Assembly (NCBI GenBank): GCA_964346545.1 | Contig: CAYFVR010000001.1 | Span: 11,440 to 52,622, forward strand | DNA from: an uncultured Desulfobacterales bacterium | Lineage (GTDB): Bacteria; Desulfobacterota; Desulfobacteria; Desulfobacterales; Desulfococcaceae | Length of the DNA stretch: 41,183 nucleotides | Direction of reading: 5' to 3' | Shown here: in pieces, positions 27,718 through 34,791 of the stretch | Layout of the letters: each line of letters starts with the position of its first letter | How positions within the stretch are numbered: the stretch's first letter is position 1 | Notes under the pieces: model-generated | Seen by the model: the letters and a program-made list of their open reading frames with translations, nothing else | Told to the model about the DNA's origin: nothing | Databases searched by the model: none | Position numbers and translations under genes: made by a program

Positions 27718-29131
27718 ACCGCCGGAAATCGGGGAGACCATCGGGGGCGCGGCCCCCGACGGAACGAGCGCGGCGGGACGAAGCGTCCCGCCGGCCGCGG
27801 GGGCGACCCGGGAGCAGGTGCTGACCCGGTTCATCCGGATGTGCACGGCCGTCTTTTCCACCCCGGTCTCCCAAGAGGCCGCCGCCATCGCCGTCAACCG
27901 GGTGTCGGAGCTGACCCGGGTGGATCGGGCGGTCCTGGTCCGGCTGGACGGAAAGCCAACCATCGCCGCCGTCAACGGCGGCGGCGCGGCGGCCCAGGAC
28001 AGCGCTTTCGCCGACGCGGTGGAAACGGCCCGAAAACGGTTCGGCCGCCGGCCCGAGGCGGTGGTGGTGCCGGTCGTGTCCGACGCCGAACGGGAATCGG
28101 CCCCCTCGCTCCACGCCGTTCAGCGGGCCATGGGCGGCGCCCAGATTCTGTGGCTGCCGCTCTGGCTCTCCAGCGATCAGAGCGTCCCGCCGCGCCAAGC
28201 CCTGTGGCTGGAGCGGTGGCACGGCAACCGCTGGGAGCGGGGCGACGTGGAGCTGTTGCAGCACGCCGCCCTCTTTCTGGGCCACGGTCTCCTCCGGTCC
28301 CGGACGCGGCCCAAGGCGCGGGGCCGATACCTTCGGCTGGGGCTTCTGGCCGCGCTGCTGCTTTTTCTGGCCATGCCGGTCACCTCTCGGGTCACCGCCC
28401 CCGCTCGGGTGGCGCCCGACCGTCCCCACCATATTTTCGCGCCCATGGACGGCATCATCAAGGAGTTGCTGGTGCGGCCCGGCCAATGGGTGGAGCCCGG
28501 CGACGTGCTCTACCGCTACGACGCCCGGGTGCTGGACAAACGGCTGGACGAGGCCTTTCGCCAGGTGGCGGTGGAACGGGCCAAGCTGGCGCGGCTCCAG
28601 GGCGCGGCCCACCGAGATCCCGAGGCCCGGGCCGAACTGCCGGTTCAGGATTTGGAGGTCAAGCGGGCCGAGGCGGAAACCGTCTTTTACGCCCAGCAGC
28701 AGGATCGGGCCGACGTGCGCACCGCCCAGCCCGGCGTCGTCGTGCTGGACGATCCCGACGCCCTGATCGGCGCGGCGGTCCAGACCGGCCAGGCGGTCAT
28801 GAGCGTGGCCGACCCGGCCCAGACCAAGCTGCGGCTCCGGGTGCCCGCCGGCGACGTGGGCTTTCTGGAGGAAGGCGCCCGGGTCTCCATCCGGCTGGAC
28901 AGCAATCCGCTTCGGAACCTGCCGGCCATCATCACCCGGATCGGCTTCGAGGTCCGCCTCTCCGAAACCGGGACGCCGTCGGTGGCCGCCGACGCCGTCT
29001 GGGTGGGCGACCCGCCCGACGCGCAGCCGGGCCAGAAAGGCACGGCCCGCATCTTCGGCCCCTCCACCGTCATGGCCTTTCAAATTCTGCGCAAACCGTT
29101 CATCGCGCTCCGATCCATCACCGGCTTTTGA
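27707..29131 (+). CDS. HlyD-family adaptor with an N-terminal cytoplasmic GAF-like domain and one TM helix
   Basis: TTG 27707 follows a GGGAGAGG SD and overlaps the upstream stop by 11 nt. The N-terminal part of about 190 aa (FIRMCTAVFSTPVSQEAAAIAVNRVSELTRVDRAVLVRLDG ... QILWLPLW ... WERGDVELLQHAALFLGHGL) reads like a GAF fold. The TM helix is LRLGLLAALLLFLAMPV. Adaptor motifs follow: IFAPMDGIIKELLVRPGQWVEPGDVLYRYD ... DVRTAQPGVVVLDD ... GQAVMSVADPAQTKLRLRVP. Confidence 0.75.
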   Translation: MSRKPPEIGETIGGAAPDGTSAAGRSVPPAAGATREQVLTRFIRMCTAVFSTPVSQEAAAIAVNRVSELTRVDRAVLVRLDGKPTIAAVNGGGAAAQDSAFADAVETARKRFGRRPEAVVVPVVSDAERESAPSLHAVQRAMGGAQILWLPLWLSSDQSVPPRQALWLERWHGNRWERGDVELLQHAALFLGHGLLRSRTRPKARGRYLRLGLLAALLLFLAMPVTSRVTAPARVAPDRPHHIFAPMDGIIKELLVRPGQWVEPGDVLYRYDARVLDKRLDEAFRQVAVERAKLARLQGAAHRDPEARAELPVQDLEVKRAEAETVFYAQQQDRADVRTAQPGVVVLDDPDALIGAAVQTGQAVMSVADPAQTKLRLRVPAGDVGFLEEGARVSIRLDSNPLRNLPAIITRIGFEVRLSETGTPSVAADAVWVGDPPDAQPGQKGTARIFGPSTVMAFQILRKPFIALRSITGF

Positions 29132-29139
29132 TCGGCCCT

Positions 29140-29175
29140 CCCGTTCCAGCCCCCGTTCCAGCCCCCGTTCCAGCA
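29140..29175. repeat. Three tandem copies of a 12-bp unit CCCGTTCCAGCC in the gap upstream of the cyclase gene
   Basis: Copies at 29140-29151 and 29152-29163 are identical. The copy at 29164-29175 ends in A. The repeat lies 9 nt after the stop at 29131 and 50 nt before ATG 29226. Confidence 0.8.
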
Positions 29176-29225
29176 ATGGGACCGGCCTTCCCGCGCCGCC
29201 CGCCGCAACGGAACGACGCGCGCCC

Positions 29226-31778
29226 ATGAAGCGGTTTTCCCGGCTCCGGAGGCGGCTGTTCAAACCGACCTCCCTCCGTCACAAGCTCCACCTGATCGTG
29301 GGGCTCTTTTTTATCTTTCCGGTGCTCGGCTTTCTCTATTTCGCGGCGCGCCACGATTTCCTGCAAGACGCCTACCTGCCGCTGTTTTTCCTGGGGCTGC
29401 TCACCTTTTCCCTGCTGGGCATCTTGATGCTGCGGCGGCTTTTCGACGAGATCGCCGGCTTTTCCCGCCAGGCGGCCCGTCGGCTTGAATCCGAGGAGGC
29501 CGCGGCGGACCCCGACGAACTTCACGGGCTGGTCCACGCCTTTTCGGCCATCGAGCGGAAGTTTTCCGCCGCCATGAGGCGGCTGGAAAAAAAGACCACC
29601 GACATCGCGGTGCTCAAGGAGCTGTCCGACCTCTGCTACGTGACCTTCGACCCCGAGGAAATTCTCTACGTCACCCTGGAACGGGCCCTGGTGCTGACCG
29701 AATCGGAGATCGGCTCCGTTCTGATTCTGGAGCGGGGAGAGCCCAAGACCTTCGTGGTCAAGGCCTGCATCGGGCTGGGCGAGCGCGTCCGCATCGGAGA
29801 CCGGCTCCCCTTCGACCAGAGCGTGGCCAAGTACGCCGTGATCAACAAATCCCCCCTGATCGTGGAGGACATCGAACGCGACACCCGGTTCGGCCGGGCC
29901 AACCGCCCCCACTACGGCACCAAATCCTTCGTCTGCATGCCCATCAAAACCAGCAAGGACATCGCGGGCGCGCTGACCATTTCCCGAAAAAACGAAGACC
30001 GGGGCTACACGCCGGAGGACGTGGAGGCGCTCGTTCCGCTGTTGAGCAACGCGGCCTTCACCTACGAAAATCTTCGGCTGATCAAGGAAAACGAGCGGTG
30101 GTCCCGTCGGTTGCGGACCATGGAGAAGGTGTTCGGCCTCATCAACTCCAGCTTTCGGGGACGAGAACTGATCGGCGCGGTGCTGGGCGAAATCCACGCG
30201 GTGCTTCCCTTCGCCTACGCGCTGATCCTGCTGCGGGAACCGGGCCGCACGCATCGAATGCAAATCCACGACATGGCCGGAAGCGCCCCGGGCGGGCTGG
30301 TCCGGGGCGGCGGCCTGGGAGTTTCCGGCTCGGTCATGGAGCGCGTGCTGGGACGGAAGACCTTCCGGATCGTCGAGGACACCCGGAAGCTGGACGGCGA
30401 AACCGACCGGGCCATCCTGCCGCCCGGAGATGCGGCGGCGGGCCTGCTGGCCCCGATCACCGAGGACGGATCGGCCGTGGGGGTGCTGGTGATGGGCTTC
30501 GAGTCGTCGGCGGACATGGCCGAGGCCCGGGAGGCGGCGAGCTGGGCGGCGGGCGGCGTCTCCCTGGCGGTGGAGCGGGACCGGCTGTCGGCGGGCCTGA
30601 TCCGGCGGGACCGGGAGCTGGACTCGATCCGGCAGATCGGCCGGGCATTGGCCTCCTCCACCTTCGACACCCAAAAAGTCTTGAGCTACACCATGGACAT
30701 GATCCGGGTGCTCATCAACGCCGAGGCGGGCGCGCTGTTTCAGGTGGAAAACGCCGAGCTGGTCAGCGCGGCGCTGTTCAACATCGATCTGGGCGATCTG
30801 GACGCCATCCGCCTGCGGCCGGGCCAAGGGGTGGCCGGCGTCGTGGCGGCCCGGGGAGAGCCGTTGATCGTCAACGACCCCGACCGGTCCCCCCATTTCC
30901 ATCCCCAGGTGGACGATCTCACCGGATTCCGCACCCGCTCCATCCTCTGCGTGCCGATCATCTCCCAAGGCAGAGTCATCGGCGTCATCGAGGTGCTGAA
31001 CAAGTTGAGCGGGGATTTCACGCTCAAGGACCGGGACCTGCTGGTTTCCATCGCCGCGTCGGTCAGCATCGCCATCGAAAACGCGCGGCTGTACAAGGAA
31101 ACCGTGGCCATGGCCGAACACGAACGGGGCATCCGGCGGGTGTTTCAGAAATTCGTCCCCCGCCAGATTCTGGATCAGATTCTTCACGGCGCCGAGGGCG
31201 GCCAGACCGGGCTGAACGAACTCAAAACCGTCACCCTGCTCAACATCGACATTCGCAAATCTTCGGATTTCGTCCGACGGGTGGGCCCCCAGAAAACGGT
31301 GGCGCTGCTCAATCATTTCTTTTCGGTGATGGGGGAAATCGTTTTCGCCCACAAGGGCATCGTGGACAAATACCTGGGAGACGGCTTTCTGGCGCTGTTC
31401 GGCGCGCCGGTCTCCAGCACCCGGGACGCCGAAAACGCGGTGAGCGCGGCCCTGGAGATGAAAAACGCCATGGAGCGGGTCAACGCCCACTGCCGCGAGA
31501 CCTACGGGGAAACCGTGACCATGGGCATCAGCGTCCATACCGGAGAAATGGTGGTGGGAAACATCGGGTTTGAAATGAAGATGGACTACACGGTGATCGG
31601 GGACCCGGTGAACATCGTTTTCCGCCTCCAGGAGCGGACCCGGCCCTTTCCCGACGGCATTCTCGTCACGGAAAACGTCTGCCGGGCCGCCCTCTCCCCC
31701 CTGGAGGTGGAACCGGTTTCCGAGCCGCTGGCCGGCCTTCGGATCTTGGAGCTGAAGGGCCGGCGCGGCGGCGGATAA
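29226..31778 (+). CDS. Membrane-anchored 3xGAF class III adenylate/guanylate cyclase
   Basis: Two N-terminal TM helices (LIVGLFFIFPVLGFLYF, LPLFFLGLLTFSLLGILML) are followed by three GAF-like blocks. The third reads GQGVAGVVAARGEPLIVNDPDRSPHF...TRSILCVPIISQGRVIGVIEVLNK. The cyclase domain (about 31130-31700) has TLLNIDIRKSSDF ... IVDKYLGDGFLALFGAP ... GISVHTGEMVVGNIG ... DYTVIGDPVNIVFRLQE, so the metal Asp residues and the K, N and R positions are present. Confidence 0.9.
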   Translation: MKRFSRLRRRLFKPTSLRHKLHLIVGLFFIFPVLGFLYFAARHDFLQDAYLPLFFLGLLTFSLLGILMLRRLFDEIAGFSRQAARRLESEEAAADPDELHGLVHAFSAIERKFSAAMRRLEKKTTDIAVLKELSDLCYVTFDPEEILYVTLERALVLTESEIGSVLILERGEPKTFVVKACIGLGERVRIGDRLPFDQSVAKYAVINKSPLIVEDIERDTRFGRANRPHYGTKSFVCMPIKTSKDIAGALTISRKNEDRGYTPEDVEALVPLLSNAAFTYENLRLIKENERWSRRLRTMEKVFGLINSSFRGRELIGAVLGEIHAVLPFAYALILLREPGRTHRMQIHDMAGSAPGGLVRGGGLGVSGSVMERVLGRKTFRIVEDTRKLDGETDRAILPPGDAAAGLLAPITEDGSAVGVLVMGFESSADMAEAREAASWAAGGVSLAVERDRLSAGLIRRDRELDSIRQIGRALASSTFDTQKVLSYTMDMIRVLINAEAGALFQVENAELVSAALFNIDLGDLDAIRLRPGQGVAGVVAARGEPLIVNDPDRSPHFHPQVDDLTGFRTRSILCVPIISQGRVIGVIEVLNKLSGDFTLKDRDLLVSIAASVSIAIENARLYKETVAMAEHERGIRRVFQKFVPRQILDQILHGAEGGQTGLNELKTVTLLNIDIRKSSDFVRRVGPQKTVALLNHFFSVMGEIVFAHKGIVDKYLGDGFLALFGAPVSSTRDAENAVSAALEMKNAMERVNAHCRETYGETVTMGISVHTGEMVVGNIGFEMKMDYTVIGDPVNIVFRLQERTRPFPDGILVTENVCRAALSPLEVEPVSEPLAGLRILELKGRRGGG

Positions 31779-31812
31779 TCCCAATACCGCTCAATTCGCC
31801 GGCAAATGGTAG

Positions 31813-31831
31813 GGGCGTATCGCATACGCCC
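31813..31831. terminator. Short hairpin between convergent genes (cyclase / TIGR00300-like)
   Basis: GGGCGTAT (31813-31820), CGC, ATACGCCC (31824-31831). The 8-bp stem is followed by TTGG. The T-tract is weak. Confidence 0.3.
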
Positions 31832-31908
31832 TTGGTCAATCTGGCGCGATTGTCCGTTTGAAATCCCAAATTGACCGGCATTGCGGTTAATCCAAAAACG
31901 CCGCGCCC

Positions 31909-33015
31909 TCAGCCGGTCGAACCCTTCTCCAGCCCCCGGGCCACGTTGACCACGAAATCCTGGACGTTGGTGAGAATGGAGCGGGCGGTGAGGGAGCCCC
32001 GGTTGGCCAGCTTGTTGATGGCGAACTCGGACATGTCCACCGAGTAGAAAAAGACCGGCCGCACTCCGCCGTCGGGAAGAACGTGGTAGCTGGGGGTCAT
32101 GTTGCCGGCGGCGATGGCGTGGAGCTGGGTGGCCAGGGAGATCACGGTGGTGGCGCGACGAATCAGCGCCCGCATCCGGTCCTGGGCCTGGTAGACGTCG
32201 GCGATCACCTCGGGCAGGGGGCCGTCGTCCCGAATGGAGCCGGCCAGGACGTAGGGCACGTCCCGCTCCACGATGGCCCGCATGACGCCGTCCCGCACGC
32301 GCCCCTCGCGGATGGCCGTTTCCATCCCGCCCAGCCCCCGCACCCGGTTCAGGGCGTCCAGATGCTTGTAATGGCCCATGGCCACGGTTCGTTTTTCGTA
32401 GATTTGCTGCCCCAGGGCGGTGCCGAAAAAGGCGGCCTCCAGATCGTGGGTGGCCAGGGCGTTGCCGGCCAGCAGGCCGTCCACGTGTCCGCCGGTCACC
32501 AGCCGGGCGAAGGCGCTCCGGGCGTCGTGGTCGAAGACCACCGCCGGTCCCAGGACCCAAACCACGAAGCCGTTCTCCCGCTCGTGCTTCAGCACGTCGT
32601 AGAGTTCGTCGTAGTCGATGGAAAAGGCGGTTTCCCGGGTGAGCTGGCTCCGAAAGGCGAATTTTTCGGCCACCCGATCCGGAAACACGAAGGCCTCGGT
32701 GTGGACGTAAATCCCCTCCTCCGCGTTTTCCCCCCGGCCGCGCGCCACCGGGTCGCCCTTCCGGAGATTCCGGAACTCGGTCACCGCCAGCCCACCGTCG
32801 GGCCGGCGGACCACCACGCAGTCCATCCGGGACTCCCCCGCCAGCCGCCAGTCGCCGGGCGCCACCTGATAGTATTCGGGATAGACGGAGGTGCCGTGAT
32901 AGTCCGCCGGGGCCACGCCGTCCGCCGGACAGGGCTGGAAATCGACCGCGGGAGCGTCCGCGAAGGGGGGCGCGGAAAAATCGGGCGGCCGGTATTCGGG
33001 CAGTTGAAACGACAT
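31909..33015 (-). CDS. Conserved protein, possibly TIGR00300 / LOR-SDH N-terminal-like family (archaeal-type ornithine cyclodeaminase relatives)
   Basis: The 368-aa ORF has clean coding character. VWVLGPAVVFDHDARSAFARLVTGGHVDGLLAGNALATHDLE ... VLAGSIRDDGPLPEVI ... resembles what I recall of that family. The assignment is from memory and needs an HMM search. Confidence 0.4.
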   Translation of the reverse strand: MSFQLPEYRPPDFSAPPFADAPAVDFQPCPADGVAPADYHGTSVYPEYYQVAPGDWRLAGESRMDCVVVRRPDGGLAVTEFRNLRKGDPVARGRGENAEEGIYVHTEAFVFPDRVAEKFAFRSQLTRETAFSIDYDELYDVLKHERENGFVVWVLGPAVVFDHDARSAFARLVTGGHVDGLLAGNALATHDLEAAFFGTALGQQIYEKRTVAMGHYKHLDALNRVRGLGGMETAIREGRVRDGVMRAIVERDVPYVLAGSIRDDGPLPEVIADVYQAQDRMRALIRRATTVISLATQLHAIAAGNMTPSYHVLPDGGVRPVFFYSVDMSEFAINKLANRGSLTARSILTNVQDFVVNVARGLEKGSTG

Positions 33016-33069
33016 CGATCCTCCTTTTTGGGTGGGTTCCCGGCCGCGACCGCCGAAAAAAAGGGGGCG

Positions 33070-33795
33070 TTACAGCAGCCGGGTGGCGTTGACCTCCGGA
33101 AGGCCGGCCGCCCGGATTTTTCGGACCACGGCCTCCACGTCGTAGGCCACGAACCGAACCTCCAACGTCCGCTCCCGGTCGTCCCAAATGACGTATTTGG
33201 CCCGGTTGTCGCCGTCCCGGGGCTGGCCCACGCTGCCGGCGTTGACGATATGGCGGAGGTCCGGGTCCAGCGGGACGATTCCCCGGCGCAGCCCCTGGAA
33301 GTCCAGGGCGGTTCCGTTCCAGGAAACCAGGTCCAGCTCGTGGGTGTGGCCCACGAAGATCAGCGGTTCCGGAGCCAGCCGCAGGCCGCGGCGGTAGCCC
33401 CGCATGGACATCTGGAACAGGTAGAGGGTGGGCGACCGGGGCGGGAAGCCGTGGACGAAGCGCAGCCCCCAAAGAACCTTGAAATTGGGAAGCCCGGCGA
33501 CGTATTCCCGGGCTTCGGGGGACAGGGCGTCCCGGGTCATTTCCACCGAGCGGCGGGCGGCGGGATTGAACCAGCGGCGCAGCCGGACGTTCCGCACCGC
33601 CAGCTCGTGGTTCCCGGCCACGGAGGGGATCTCCCGCGCCCACAGCAGGCGCACCACCGCCTCGGGATCGGGGCCGTAGCCCACGTTGTCGCCCAGGGAG
33701 GCCATGGCGTCGATCCGCAGGCCGTCGGCGTCGGCCAGAACCGCCTCGAATGCCTCCAGATTTCCGTGGATGTCGGACAAAACGGCCAGACGCAA
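33070..33795 (-). CDS. Metallophosphoesterase (calcineurin-like, YfcE/MJ0936-type)
   Basis: MRLAVLSDIHGNLEAF ... ASLGDNVGYGPDP ... VAGNHE ... FVGHTH ... INAGSVGQPRDGD are the canonical DxH / GDxxxxG / GNHE / GHxH motifs. Confidence 0.85.
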   Translation of the reverse strand: MRLAVLSDIHGNLEAFEAVLADADGLRIDAMASLGDNVGYGPDPEAVVRLLWAREIPSVAGNHELAVRNVRLRRWFNPAARRSVEMTRDALSPEAREYVAGLPNFKVLWGLRFVHGFPPRSPTLYLFQMSMRGYRRGLRLAPEPLIFVGHTHELDLVSWNGTALDFQGLRRGIVPLDPDLRHIVNAGSVGQPRDGDNRAKYVIWDDRERTLEVRFVAYDVEAVVRKIRAAGLPEVNATRLL

Positions 33796-33804
33796 CGGCG
33801 ACTC

Positions 33805-34587
33805 CTATCGCATCGTTTGCAGGTACCAGGCGATCAGGTCGGTCCCGAAAAAAACGTGAACGACGGCGCCGCCGGCCAGAAAGGGGCCGAAGGGCACCGC
33901 CAGCTTGGCGCCCTTGCCGGTGCGGATCATGATGGCGATTCCGGCGACCGTTCCGGCGGCCGAGGCCAGAAAGACGGTCACCACCACTCCCTGCCATCCC
34001 ATCAAGGCGCCGATCATGCCGATCAGCTTGACGTCGCCGCCGCCCAGCCCTTCCACGCCCCGAAAAAAATAAAAATATTCCCCCACCAGGTAGAGGGCCC
34101 CCGGGCTGGCCAGCGCGCCGATCAGGGCGTCGGCCCGGGACACGTCGGGCAGGGCCATGCCGGCGAAGAAAAAGAAGAGGATTCCCGGGAGCGTGAGCGC
34201 GTCGGGAATGATCTGGTGATCGAAATCGATGAAGGTGACCACGACCAGCACGGCCAGAAAGGCGAAAACCACCGGCGCGGCGGGCTGGACACCGAACCGG
34301 AGCACGGCGGCGGCCGCCAAAAAGCCGGTCAGCAGCTCCACCAGCGGATACCGGATCGAAATGGGGGCCTTGCAGGATCGACATTTCCCCCGCAGCCAAA
34401 GCCAGCTCAAGACGGGAATGTTGTCGTAGAACCGCAACCGATAATCGCAGCGAGGACAGGCCGAGGGCGGAGAGACGATGGAACGGGAGGCCGGCAGCCG
34501 ATAGATGCAGACGTTGAGAAAGCTGCCGATGCACAATCCGAACACGAAGGCCAGGGCGGCGGCGGCCGAAAGAAAAGTCATGAACAC
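33805..34587 (-). CDS. pilD: Type IV prepilin peptidase / N-methyltransferase (peptidase A24)
   Basis: GSFLNVCIYRLP ... CPRCDYRLRFYDNIPVLSWLWLRGKCRSCKAPISIRYPLVELLTG (CxxC...CxxC) ... FIDFDHQIIPD ... GLGGGDVKLIGMIGA contains both catalytic Asp contexts. Confidence 0.9.
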   Translation of the reverse strand: MFMTFLSAAAALAFVFGLCIGSFLNVCIYRLPASRSIVSPPSACPRCDYRLRFYDNIPVLSWLWLRGKCRSCKAPISIRYPLVELLTGFLAAAAVLRFGVQPAAPVVFAFLAVLVVVTFIDFDHQIIPDALTLPGILFFFFAGMALPDVSRADALIGALASPGALYLVGEYFYFFRGVEGLGGGDVKLIGMIGALMGWQGVVVTVFLASAAGTVAGIAIMIRTGKGAKLAVPFGPFLAGGAVVHVFFGTDLIAWYLQTMR

Positions 34588-34791
34588 ATCCCGGGAATGG
34601 GGAAACGATTTCCCTATCCCTTACCCGGTATGGGCGTCGGAAATCAAGGGGGAACTACGCGGCCCGCCGGGGAAAACCGCTTGCCGGGCCGGGAAAATGT
34701 CTTACCATAGACCGTCAGTCGTTTTCAGAAAATCGGGCGGCGGAATCCCAAGGGAACGCGGCTCGGAAAAGACCGAAATTCGGGAGAAATT

